Shown here: positions 19,409 through 30,200 of the stretch, piece after piece | Position numbering within the stretch: position 1 is the first letter of the stretch | How the letters are laid out: each line of letters begins with the position of its first letter | Assembly: GCA_963975045.1 (NCBI GenBank) | Contig: CAXBGJ010000001.1 | Span: forward strand, 12,220-76,219 | From: an uncultured Marinomonas sp. | GTDB taxonomy: Bacteria > Pseudomonadota > Gammaproteobacteria > Pseudomonadales > Marinomonadaceae | Direction: 5' to 3' | Length of the DNA stretch: 64,000 nt | Notes under the pieces: model-generated | Told to the model about the DNA's origin: nothing | Seen by the model: only the letters and a program-made list of their open reading frames with translations | Database searches by the model: none | Translations under genes and position numbers: made by a program

Positions 19409-22400
19409 CTATTCTGGGATACTCAACTGTGCTGCGAACAATGCATCAATTTCAGCATCACTTAACTCATCAAGGTTGACGGACGCAAGGTCGATCTCTT
19501 TCAAGTTAAATGCACTTAGTACAGTAGTTTGACCAGAAAATTGTTTGATTTCAGAAGGTGCTATTTCAGACCTACCTTGGTGTATTACCTTAGGAACTTC
19601 TCTTACAATTTTTGCAAAACTTTGAATTGTCGGATGATCAAAAACATGGCGTAATGACATCTCGCAGTGAAACTCATCTTTAACCCGAGACAGTAATTGT
19701 GTAGCGAGTAATGAATGTCCGCCAGCATCAAAGAAGGTTACATCCGTAGAAACTACTTCCAAGCCCAGCAATGAACACCAAATATCATGCACTTTTTGTT
19801 CAATTTCACCCTCCGGTAACTGCCTATCCTGTTCCTCTATGACGATGCTCGAATTAGGTTCAGGTAAAAGCGTACGATCCAGCTTGCCATTTATCGTGAG
19901 AGGCAACGCCTCCAAAGTATTATAAATAGCGGGCCTCATGTGTTCAGGAAGCACGGCTTTAACATGTACTTTGAGGGAATCAATAAGCTTGTAATCGTAT
20001 TTCTGTATCTGAGGGACATTCGTCGCCCTCGTAGACGTTAACGCCCAGGACTGTAATTTGTGTATGCTACAAGTAAGTCGTGAGGAATGCTGATTTTCCG
20101 CCCAACCCAGCTCTCTTTCATTAAATAAAAGAGCACTAAAAGCTGCCGGCTGCTCAGCACAAGGCATGATGCGAATGTGATAACCTAACGCCTTTGCTTG
20201 CTGGCGTAAGTCTTCTGGATGGATCGTGTTGTTATTATCCGCCTCAACAAGCCCTAAAGCTTGGTATTCGTCCACAACACGTGCGTCGAGAACCAATGGC
20301 AAGTAAATAAGAGCCCCTCCTTTACCACCACGTAGCATCGCAGAAACGCTTGAAAAGCGTTGATGAGACGGGAGTATATCTGGCGTTTTATGATTTGATC
20401 CGTTTTTCCATAAGCAAACATCATAACGATAGTGCAGCATTTCATTTTGGCCATAACCGCCTTGATAATCGACACTAAAACCATCGACTGTATCTAACGA
20501 GGCTCCTAAGTCAGCAAACAATGCCGGTGATATCGCAAGTTCTTCCTCCAAGGCCAAATACTTCAACACCGCCGCATCTAAGCGCGATTTCGACATTGCT
20601 TCATGACTGTTTTTAGCATGATAAAGAACAATCGAAGCATAAAACCCCTGTAATCGAGAAAAATCTCGCACATCACCAATAAACAACACACCGCCAGGTA
20701 CTAATACTTCCATCGCTTGCTGTATGACTTTGCGTAAATACATTTCATTAGGGAAGTATTGTGTTACTGAATTAATAACTACTAGGTCAAACTTATCTCG
20801 GCTAAAGCAGGTTAAATCATCCGCTGATCCAGCATGAAGGCAGACATGCGCCCAATTACGATCACTTGCTTGTTGCTGTAACTTAGCAATGGTTTTTTCT
20901 GACAAATCAAAGCCATGATAAGATTCAACATGTGGAGCAATGCCGTGCATGATCATGCCACTGCCACACCCAATTTCTAACACTTGTTTTGGAGAGAAGC
21001 TTAAAATTCGAGCCAAACGCTCATCAAGCCATTCTCGCATTTGATCTTCAGGAATAGCCTCACGCGTATAACTACTATTCCAACCCGTAATATCAAAATC
21101 ATCCGCATAAGTTGATGCATGTACGGTTGAATCATAGGTATTTTCATAAAGAGACTTCCAGCTCTCTAATATTTCATGATCATAGTCACACGCACTGCCG
21201 GTTACTTTTTTAGGCACCACATAAGCGACTAATAATGCGTTATTTTGCCCTTTCTCAAACACAGAAACCGCCGCAGAAGCGACTTGTGGATGCGCACTTA
21301 AGCACGATTCAATTTCTTCTAATTCGATTCTAAAGCCACGTAATTGTATTTGTTGGTCACTTCGTCCGATATATTGTAATTCGCCTCGAGCATTGCGCTG
21401 AATCAAGTCTCCCGTACGATACAAGCGAGAACCAGAATCTGAAAAAGGATTAGGCACAAAATGCCTTGCGGTTAAGCTGGATTGGCCAAAATAACCTCTG
21501 CTAATACCCTCTCCTGCCACGTAAAGTTCGCCAATTACACCGTCAGGAACGGGAGTCATTGCCGCATCAAGAATATATAACTGTAGATCTATTAAGCCTT
21601 GCCCTATATGACTAATACTCGTACCACGGACCATTTGAGCGTCTAATTCGAGATATGTAACATGCACTGTCGTTTCGGTAATACCGTACATGTTCATGAG
21701 TCGTGGTGCTTGACGAGTCGTGTTATCTCCCTTGCAACCATAGCGTTCAACCCAAGAACGCAATCGTTGGAAATCGAGAGCCTCACCACCAAAAACAACC
21801 CAACGCAGTGATAATCTACGCGCCTCTGATAAGGCTTGATCAGCCGCAATCAAACTGTAAAACGCCGTTGGGGTTTGATTCAGTACAGTTACGTTTTCAT
21901 ATTCCAATAGGTCTAAAAACTCACTGGGACTACGACTCAAGGTCTTAGGAATAACCAGAAGTCTCGCGCCATGTGCCCAAGCTCCCCAGATTTCCCAAAC
22001 AGAGAAGTCAAACGCATAAGAGTGAAAAAGTGTCCATACATCTTGTGAATTAAAATCAAATACCCTGTCGCCACTGGTTATCAAGCGCAGCACTTGTCGA
22101 TGGCTGACCACAACCCCCTTTGGCTTACCAGTTGAGCCAGAGGTGTAAATAACGTACGCAGCACTATCAGTGTGAATGCTAACGAAGGGGGGGCTATGCC
22201 ATTCAAGACGAGCATGGTGAATAGCAATCACCTCACCTATATTGACGGTTGGTATGACCGAAATGGAAGCACTATAATCTTGATCACACAGTATTAATAA
22301 AGGCTTCGAATCTTCAATCATGTATTGTAAACGAGTCGTTGGGTATTCAGGATCTAACGGGACATAAACACCGCCAGCCTTAAGAATAGCCAGTAAACCA

Positions 22401-25400
22401 CATAATAAGTCAGCACTACGCTGGCACATCAAACCTACGTGAACTTCAGGCCCTACCCCGTGCTCTTTTAAATAATGGGCGAGCACATTAGATTGCTCAT
22501 CTAACTCTCCATAACTAATTGACTGCCGTTGCATATGACTATTAAAGCTGGTCAAGGCAACTTGCTGATAGTGTTTACTCACCGTCTCTGCAAATAATCT
22601 GGGTAAACTATGATGATAGTTATGTGGAGGCTCAGAGACAGATATCCTTGCTGGAGGATGTGACTGTGGCTGTTGCTGTGGCTGTGGCTGGCTCAAACGT
22701 ACAGCCGATAATGGTGTTTTTGGCGACTCTAGCCATGACTCAATAAGACTTTGGTACATTTGAGTAAAACGGCTGATGGTTTCTTCATCAAACAGGTCCC
22801 TGTTATAAAGCCAGTAACCTCGTATGCTACCGTCAAGGTTTTGCCAAAGATGGCATTCAAGATCAAAGCGAACCCAATTAATCTCCCCATCCATAGGCGA
22901 AATCGTTAGATCCGGTAACTCTAAAGCCTCACTGGGAGCATTTTGCAAAGCAAAATGAATTTGGAACAGAGGATGCTTACTACTGTCACGCTTGGGCTTT
23001 AACGCCTCCACTATTTTTTCAAAAGGTAAATCCTGATTAGCATAAGCATCTAACGCCGTTTTTCTGATGTTTTTCAATACTTGAAGATAATTTGGGTCGT
23101 TATTTAAATCCGTACGCATGACCAGCATATTGACAAAAAATCCGACTAGGTTCTCAAGGCCAGAATGATTTCTATTTGCAATAGGGGACCCTACAGCGAT
23201 ATCCGTTTGTCCAGAAATACGTGACAACAAACTTTGATAAGCCCCCAAGAGCGCCATATACATGGTCACATCTTGCTTTTGACAAAGTGCTTTTAATCCC
23301 TGTGCTAGCCCTTTGTTTAGCTCAACTTTAACGACACCTCCTCTATACGTTTGAAATTCAGGTCGTTCGCGACTTTCTAACAATTCAAGCGATGGTAAAT
23401 TAGCCAGTTGGCGCTTCCAATAAATCAACTGCGTGTCCAGAACATCTTGTAATGAAACACGCTGCCAATACGCAAAGTCTCGATAGTCAATTGACAGTGA
23501 AGGCAAGTCTTGTTCAACATTCATACCTATATCTACCAGACCATTTGACTTCTCAGCGATACAAGCTTTATACAAAACACCTAAGTCTTTAGAGAATATA
23601 CCCAATGACCAGCCATCAGCCGCAATATGGTGCACGGTAATAGCAAGGATCGAACAAGTGTCTGATAAGGTGATTAAACGCACCCGCAACATGAGATCTC
23701 TTTCTAAATCAAACTGGCGCTCTGCGAATTTGACTAATTCTTGCTGCAACACTTTTTCCTGTTCTATATCGCCTAATCCCCTGAGATCCGCTGTTTCCAA
23801 GGGTAATTCTGTTACCGTTAAAATGCGTTGAGAAACACCATGACAAGCGTTTTCAAAATACACGGAACGCAGAATGCTATGGCGCTGAAGCAAGATATTA
23901 AAACAATGCTGTAAGCTATCTAGGTCTAGATTGCCCTCCATACGTAAAGCCATATTGATGTAATACGCAGGGCTCAACGGGTTCATCTTTTCCATAAACC
24001 ACAATCGCTGTTGAGCAAATGAAATAGGTACAGCATCTAAAGGAACATTGTATTCGGCAATCGGTTTTATCATCGGAAGCGTATTGCCATGCTGCGCTCG
24101 CAACATATCATCTAAAAGATGAACAAACTCATTCAGTACTGATGCTTCAAAAATATGTTTAACCGTAATACCAAGATCAAGCTGCTTCTGTAAACGAGTT
24201 ACCATTTGTGTGGCTAATAGAGAGTGCCCTCCCATGGCAAAAAAATCATCATTGCCACCCACACTGCGCAGTTTAAGAACACTGCACCAAACTTGTGACA
24301 CGAGAGAAAATAAATGGTTATCTACTAAATGCGTGATGCGATTACCATCACTCGCTTGATAACGAAAGTCCATTGGTGTCGGTGCAGGCAAGCGTTTAGC
24401 ATCAATTTTACCATTGGCATTTAGGGGTAATTGTTTTACATACATAAGCGCTGAGGGTATTTCATAGTCTGCAAGTTGCGTTGCTAAATACTGCCATAAC
24501 GATGCACGCTCGATAGAGGAAGAGCCACGCCAATACGCCACTATAGCTTTGTTTTTTGTATCAAATACTGTGTGCGCTTGATCTACCCCTGAATAAAGAG
24601 ATATTGCCGCAGTAATGGCACCCAGCTCGATACGAAAGCCGCGTAATTTAATCTGACTATCAAGTCGCCCAACAAACTCAAGTACCCCGTTTAAATTCCA
24701 GCGAGCACCATCACCTGTTGCGTATAAGCGCTCACCTTGCTGATGGCTAAATGGATGAGGAATAAACTTAGAGGCCGTGAGGCTCGGCTGATACTGGTAG
24801 GCTTGCGCCACGCCCAATCCCCCTACATAAAGCTCACCGATTAGACCTGGTGCTACCAGTTCTAAGTTCTTATCTAGGACATAACAGGTGGTGCCGGATA
24901 TCGCTTGGCCGATTGGTAGGGATGCCTGATAAGACGTATTCTTCTTGACCTCGAAGTAAGTGCTATAGGTAGTATTCTCAGTGGGTCCATACATATTCAG
25001 AAGATGAGCAGGCGCATTGTCGCTATTTGCCAAACGCTGCATGAGCTGACTGTCCGCCTCCTCACCGCCTACTAAAACATATTCTAGCCCTTTAAAAGCG
25101 TCTTCACGAGTTACCACCAGTTGATTAAATAATGAGGTCGTTATAACCATCGTATCAATACTATTTTCATTCAACGTCTTGGCAAGTAACTCCGGATCTA
25201 TGCTAACTTTTCGAGGGATCATAACTAAAGTTGCGCCATTGAGGAATGCGCCCCAAATTTCAAATGTAGCGGCATCAAACGAAGTATTTGAAGCTTGTGC
25301 TACTTTTGAACCCGCTTTAACTTGAGCGAAATTGTTGTTGCAAACAAGACGTATAATACCTTGCTGATTAACCACAATTCCCTTGGGTTTTCCTGTCGAT

Positions 25401-27280
25401 CCTGAGCTAAACATCATATAAGCAGGAGACAGAGCATTGCCTCTGGGTATATCTCCACGGTCAATTAAACACTCGTCATCGAGATCATCAATCGCCACCA
25501 TTTTTGGTAAATCATCCGATTTTAATAGCTCATCATTCATCAAATCGGTGCTAGTTAACAGCAGACTAACACCGCTGTTATGCAACATATTTTTCACTCG
25601 TTCTGTCGGGTAAGATAAGTCTATCGGTACATAGCAAGCGCCCAAACGACTGATCGCGAGCAATGTGATAATCAGCTCAGCACCCCGCTCTAAACGAAAC
25701 GCCACCCAATCAGCAGGCACTACTCCCAACTCATAAAGCTGCCATGCCCGTTGATTAACTTGCTGATTCAGCATCTCATAAGTCAGTACGTACGCTTCCC
25801 CCGTTGAGTCAAACAATTCATGAATTGCAATGGCTTGTGGGTCATTTCGCACCTGGTTAGAAAACAATTGGTCCAAACTTAATACCGCTAAATCACCCGC
25901 TAATACAGGCGCGGTTTGTACTGAAACTAGTTCGGCTTGCAACATTTTATTCATCACGGCTAAGCGGTTAATATCCCGGTCTAGATCCTCCGCCATCTCA
26001 ACTAATAATGATGCAAAATAGGATAAAAAACGTTCAATTTCTTGCTGAGAAAAGACCTGATGTAGCGATGAAGCTTTTAACAATAACGTATCCCCAACCC
26101 CAGCCGAAATGGTCAATGGATAGCCAGTGCGTTCTATGGAACTAACATCTTTGATGCTGACACTCGCTTCTTGCCTTTCTAAATCACTGTCGATAGGATA
26201 GTTTTCAAAAGCAAAAATCACTTCAAATAATGACTCGCTCGGCAGCACCGCACACCATTTTGCAATTGACATCAAATCGCTATCTTGGCGCTCCAACAAG
26301 CCCAGCATAGATTGCTGCACTTGACTTAATAAATCGCGCACACTAGCTGATGGGTCTAAGGTAAAACGTAGCGGCAAGGTATTAATAAACATGCCTACTT
26401 GATGTTGCATATCGGACAGTTCAGAAGGTCGACCAGACACAACAGTGCCGATGACAAAATCATGAGAACGAATGTATTTTTGCAGTAACAACCCTAACGC
26501 GCTTTCAACAAAAACCGCCAATGTTACCCCAGCACGGCTTGCGGCCTCATGCAGCTGCTGTGTTGCTGTTTCACTTAACTCATGCTGTGCATTAACGTAT
26601 TTTGTAGCGAGTGAGGCTTCACTTTGCTGAATAAGTCGCGTAGCCAATTTTCGGCTGAAATCTACCTGATGTAAATTTTCACTCCAAAAACCTTCATGAC
26701 TAGGCCTGCGTTGTAACCAATCGAAATAGGGCTTATGCGGATACTGTTGATCGAGGCTAATACGGTTACCTTTAAGCAACTCTTGATATGCGCTCAATAC
26801 CATAGACATCACGATGGGTAATGACCAACCATCCAGCAGTAAATGATGATGACACCAAATGAATCGATACCCTTTATCCCCAAGACTTAGTAAAGAAAAA
26901 TGCATCAAGGGCGCTTTTTTCAAAAGAAAACCATCTTGTTGATAACCCGCTATTAAATTATCTAACGTCAAGCCTTGAACAACACAATCTAACTTAGATA
27001 AATCGTCTTCATGCCAAGGGAAATCCAGCTTTTTGAAAATAACTTGCAAAGGTTTGGCCTGCTTTTCCCATGCAAACGACGTCCGCATCGTAGGTAGTGC
27101 CTGACACACTTTGTCCCATGCCAGCTTCCAACAATCTGTATTAAGATCAGCGCCTAAAGTGGTCGAGAGAATTTGAACATAACTGCCTGAATTTTCGTGC
27201 GCAAGACTGTGATAAAGCATACCGGCCTGCATGGCGGTAGTTGGCAAAACACTTTCAATATTTTGTTTTTCTAATGACAT
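19409..27280 (-). CDS. NRPS, modules 7-8: C(DCL)-A(aliphatic)-T-C-A(Thr)[N-MT]-T
   Basis: Start taken at MSLEKQNIES (27280, GAGG 6 nt upstream; the ORF is open to 27313). DCL-type C (PTTAMQAGMLYH, WCHHHLLLDGWS). A7 code DAFVLGMTYK and A8 code DFWNVGMVHK (Thr). N-MT motifs LEIGCGSG and NSVTQYFP. Two GGHS carriers. Confidence 0.95.
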   Translation of the reverse strand: MSLEKQNIESVLPTTAMQAGMLYHSLAHENSGSYVQILSTTLGADLNTDCWKLAWDKVCQALPTMRTSFAWEKQAKPLQVIFKKLDFPWHEDDLSKLDCVVQGLTLDNLIAGYQQDGFLLKKAPLMHFSLLSLGDKGYRFIWCHHHLLLDGWSLPIVMSMVLSAYQELLKGNRISLDQQYPHKPYFDWLQRRPSHEGFWSENLHQVDFSRKLATRLIQQSEASLATKYVNAQHELSETATQQLHEAASRAGVTLAVFVESALGLLLQKYIRSHDFVIGTVVSGRPSELSDMQHQVGMFINTLPLRFTLDPSASVRDLLSQVQQSMLGLLERQDSDLMSIAKWCAVLPSESLFEVIFAFENYPIDSDLERQEASVSIKDVSSIERTGYPLTISAGVGDTLLLKASSLHQVFSQQEIERFLSYFASLLVEMAEDLDRDINRLAVMNKMLQAELVSVQTAPVLAGDLAVLSLDQLFSNQVRNDPQAIAIHELFDSTGEAYVLTYEMLNQQVNQRAWQLYELGVVPADWVAFRLERGAELIITLLAISRLGACYVPIDLSYPTERVKNMLHNSGVSLLLTSTDLMNDELLKSDDLPKMVAIDDLDDECLIDRGDIPRGNALSPAYMMFSSGSTGKPKGIVVNQQGIIRLVCNNNFAQVKAGSKVAQASNTSFDAATFEIWGAFLNGATLVMIPRKVSIDPELLAKTLNENSIDTMVITTSLFNQLVVTREDAFKGLEYVLVGGEEADSQLMQRLANSDNAPAHLLNMYGPTENTTYSTYFEVKKNTSYQASLPIGQAISGTTCYVLDKNLELVAPGLIGELYVGGLGVAQAYQYQPSLTASKFIPHPFSHQQGERLYATGDGARWNLNGVLEFVGRLDSQIKLRGFRIELGAITAAISLYSGVDQAHTVFDTKNKAIVAYWRGSSSIERASLWQYLATQLADYEIPSALMYVKQLPLNANGKIDAKRLPAPTPMDFRYQASDGNRITHLVDNHLFSLVSQVWCSVLKLRSVGGNDDFFAMGGHSLLATQMVTRLQKQLDLGITVKHIFEASVLNEFVHLLDDMLRAQHGNTLPMIKPIAEYNVPLDAVPISFAQQRLWFMEKMNPLSPAYYINMALRMEGNLDLDSLQHCFNILLQRHSILRSVYFENACHGVSQRILTVTELPLETADLRGLGDIEQEKVLQQELVKFAERQFDLERDLMLRVRLITLSDTCSILAITVHHIAADGWSLGIFSKDLGVLYKACIAEKSNGLVDIGMNVEQDLPSLSIDYRDFAYWQRVSLQDVLDTQLIYWKRQLANLPSLELLESRERPEFQTYRGGVVKVELNKGLAQGLKALCQKQDVTMYMALLGAYQSLLSRISGQTDIAVGSPIANRNHSGLENLVGFFVNMLVMRTDLNNDPNYLQVLKNIRKTALDAYANQDLPFEKIVEALKPKRDSSKHPLFQIHFALQNAPSEALELPDLTISPMDGEINWVRFDLECHLWQNLDGSIRGYWLYNRDLFDEETISRFTQMYQSLIESWLESPKTPLSAVRLSQPQPQQQPQSHPPARISVSEPPHNYHHSLPRLFAETVSKHYQQVALTSFNSHMQRQSISYGELDEQSNVLAHYLKEHGVGPEVHVGLMCQRSADLLCGLLAILKAGGVYVPLDPEYPTTRLQYMIEDSKPLLILCDQDYSASISVIPTVNIGEVIAIHHARLEWHSPPFVSIHTDSAAYVIYTSGSTGKPKGVVVSHRQVLRLITSGDRVFDFNSQDVWTLFHSYAFDFSVWEIWGAWAHGARLLVIPKTLSRSPSEFLDLLEYENVTVLNQTPTAFYSLIAADQALSEARRLSLRWVVFGGEALDFQRLRSWVERYGCKGDNTTRQAPRLMNMYGITETTVHVTYLELDAQMVRGTSISHIGQGLIDLQLYILDAAMTPVPDGVIGELYVAGEGISRGYFGQSSLTARHFVPNPFSDSGSRLYRTGDLIQRNARGELQYIGRSDQQIQLRGFRIELEEIESCLSAHPQVASAAVSVFEKGQNNALLVAYVVPKKVTGSACDYDHEILESWKSLYENTYDSTVHASTYADDFDITGWNSSYTREAIPEDQMREWLDERLARILSFSPKQVLEIGCGSGMIMHGIAPHVESYHGFDLSEKTIAKLQQQASDRNWAHVCLHAGSADDLTCFSRDKFDLVVINSVTQYFPNEMYLRKVIQQAMEVLVPGGVLFIGDVRDFSRLQGFYASIVLYHAKNSHEAMSKSRLDAAVLKYLALEEELAISPALFADLGASLDTVDGFSVDYQGGYGQNEMLHYRYDVCLWKNGSNHKTPDILPSHQRFSSVSAMLRGGKGGALIYLPLVLDARVVDEYQALGLVEADNNNTIHPEDLRQQAKALGYHIRIMPCAEQPAAFSALLFNERELGWAENQHSSRLTCSIHKLQSWALTSTRATNVPQIQKYDYKLIDSLKVHVKAVLPEHMRPAIYNTLEALPLTINGKLDRTLLPEPNSSIVIEEQDRQLPEGEIEQKVHDIWCSLLGLEVVSTDVTFFDAGGHSLLATQLLSRVKDEFHCEMSLRHVFDHPTIQSFAKIVREVPKVIHQGRSEIAPSEIKQFSGQTTVLSAFNLKEIDLASVNLDELSDAEIDALFAAQLSIPE
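22662..22691. repeat. In-frame 6-bp imperfect microsatellite (ggctgt x5) in the C8-A8 linker
   Basis: gactgt-ggctgt-tgctgt-ggctgt-ggctgg, encoding the QPQPQQQPQS stretch on the minus strand. Confidence 0.7.
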
Positions 27281-27287
27281 TTTGGCC

Positions 27288-30200
27288 TCATTCATCAAAC
27301 AGCGATAATTCATCTAGCAGATCATCAAACTGATCTATAGATAATCCTAAGGTGGATGATTGGTCAGTAACATTTGAGAGAACTGATTCGGACAGTCGTT
27401 TTATATTCGAAATATAATCATCAGATAATGCCTTGATGGTACTTTCGTGATGCATGTTTCGGCTATAAACCCAAGTAATTTCAAGATTTTTGGATTTGCG
27501 AGCAATACTAAGTTCTAGTAAAAACGGTCGATGATTTTTTTCATGCTGTAAATGGCTAGGAGTGATAGCTTCTGCTTGAAATAATCTTGTCGATGCCTCT
27601 TTGTTTGTTTGTGCATCAACTGAGCCAAAGTAATTCAGTGAGACCAAAGCATTTTTAATCGGCTCTTGGGCATGATAGGCATTACGTACGCTGTTTATCA
27701 CGCCTGAGTCCAGTAAGGTCACCAATTGCTGGTCAACATCTTGTATTTGCTCAAGAGCGAGTAACTCAGAATTTACCGTCACGGAATTTAAAGTCGTAAA
27801 CCATCCTATGGAAGTTGACAAATCAACCTCTGGAAACATACTGCTACGACCATGACTTTCAACACAGATAACGGTATCAAGCTGTTCACTCCAAGAAGAT
27901 ATAACTTGACCTAACGCGGCAACCAAAATGGCATATTCGTTTGTAACATCTAATTCGAGCGCCAGTATTGTATGTAAAACGACCTCTGACCCGACTAAAT
28001 TCTCTTGATCAATGTTGTCAACGTCATAATCCAGGGGCAATTCGCTGGGTAGGTTTTTCGCTTCAGAGCTGTTTTTATGCGATAAAAGTAACGCATGCTT
28101 TTGCAAGCGTTCCGCCCAATCTAAGTTATTAGCCATTCGAGATGGCCTTGATGGCAGTTCTGTATGCTTCGCCGCACACAACGACTCCAGTTGATCACCT
28201 ATGACTAGCCACGACAGTGCATCGACAATTAAATGGTGCGCGATGAAAATCAGTTGTTTATGTGGCTCAATATCACTATTCGATTCAACATCATGCCATT
28301 CAACAAGAGCCACTCTAAACAATGGTCCTTGCGACAATTGGAAAGGTGTATTCAACTGCTCACAAACCCTTAACATAGCCGCTTTACCTTCACTACTCGT
28401 AGATGAAAAGGCAAAATTAAAGTGGGCTAAATGTATCGCCTTAGTCGGTTCATCTAGACCATGCACACATTGCTGCCAGCCGTCCTCTTGCTCTACAAAA
28501 TAAGTACGTAAGGCAGCATATTGACGCTGTAAACATAACAAAGCGCTGTGTATTGTTTGGCTAGGTAGCGCTTGGGTTAATCTTAAAACTAAACCCTGAT
28601 TCCACTGGCCAGGTTCTGAGAAATGCTGCTCAAAGAACCATTTTTGGATAGGTGAAACCGGGGCTATCTGAGGTTCGGGGGCTTCCTCTTGAGACGCCTC
28701 ACCATTGAAGTTTTGCTGGTCAATATGAAAAGCGAGGCTGGCAATGGTTTGATGCTGGAAGATTTGTGACGCTTGGCAAATAACACCCTCTTTCCTTAAG
28801 GCTGCGACCAAGCGAAAAACCAAAATAGAGTCGCCACCTAATTGAAAAAAGTTATCATGCGTACTCAACGACTCAACGTCTAATAACGCTTGCCATATCT
28901 GCATCAATAACCCTTCTGTCGGGTTACTCGCCTCAACCCAAGTCGTTGCTTTTTCTTGTGCTACAGCAGCGATAGGCAAAGCATTGCGGTCAATCTTACC
29001 GCTTCGGGTTAAGGGAAATTCACTCAATTCAACGAAGGCATTGGGAATGTAATAGCTTGGTAATCTGGTGGCAAGAAAAGCCTGCAGTGACTCTCGTTCA
29101 AGTTCAGCGCTGTGTGCCCCTTGCTTTTGAGTAAAATACGCCACTAGCTGTGTATATTGTTCTGAGTCGGTTTGAGCCATGACCAAGCTGTTTTCAATAC
29201 CAGCGTGTTGATTTAAAGCCTGAACGATTTCATTTGGTTCAATCCGTAACCCTCGAAGCTTAATTTGGAAATCACCACGACCAATAAACTCTAATTGACC
29301 CTGAGCATTCCAACGAGCTAGGTCACCACTGCGATAACCAACGGCACCTAAATCGTTAGACCAAGGTAGAGGAACAAATTGCTCAGCAGTCATAGCAGGT
29401 TGTCCAAAATATCCCCGAGCTAAGCCTTTGCCCCCAATGACAACTTCGCCAATACTTCCATAGGGAACTAATTGAAAATTATTATCGACCAGCCAAATTG
29501 ACACGTTGTTTACCGGTTTACCGATAGGGGTGATGCCCTGACCAGATAGCATTGAATCGAATTGATGAAGACTCGCACACACGGTACTTTCTGTCGGCCC
29601 GTAACCGTTAATAATATTCAAACCTTTAATGTGGCACTGCAATTGAGACAAGACTTGCTGATCAATCGGTTCAACTCCGACAAGCAGAGAGGTTAATGTC
29701 ATCGGCTCTACAGAGCCTTCACTATATTGGGCGAGTTCCGACAAGATGAATCCGGGCAAATACCCTGAGTGGATTCCATTATCCAAATACCAATCCAATA
29801 ACGAATCTGTGTCCACACGGATATTTTCAGGCACAGGATAAAGTGTTGCGCCGCTGAGTAATGGACGAAAAATTTCATACACGGACACATCAAATGTGAA
29901 GGCCGTCCACATGGAAGCACGCTCACCCACCGCTAATGCGGTACGCTGGTCAATATCTGCTAATAAATTAATCACCGAGCTATGCTGGCACGCAACGCCC
30001 TTCGGTTTGCCTGTTGAACCGGAGGTGTATAACACATACGCCAAGTTTGCGGCTTGAACGACAGGCAAAACCACCCTATTCATAGACAATTTACGTAGTA
30101 CAGCGATCGACTGAACAGTAACATCTGCACCAAAGCTTTTTTCACCTTGGGCCGCGTCTGTCAAAACCAAGTCGACCCCAGCATCCTTTAGCAAGCTTTC

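Noticed and set aside
19409-22610. N-methyl-dehydrobutyrine at position 8 (code DFWNVGMVHK)
   Set aside because: The code does not separate Thr from Dhb. The downstream C9 looks like an ordinary LCL, with no features I can assign to a dehydrating C domain. Not excluded without a phylogeny.
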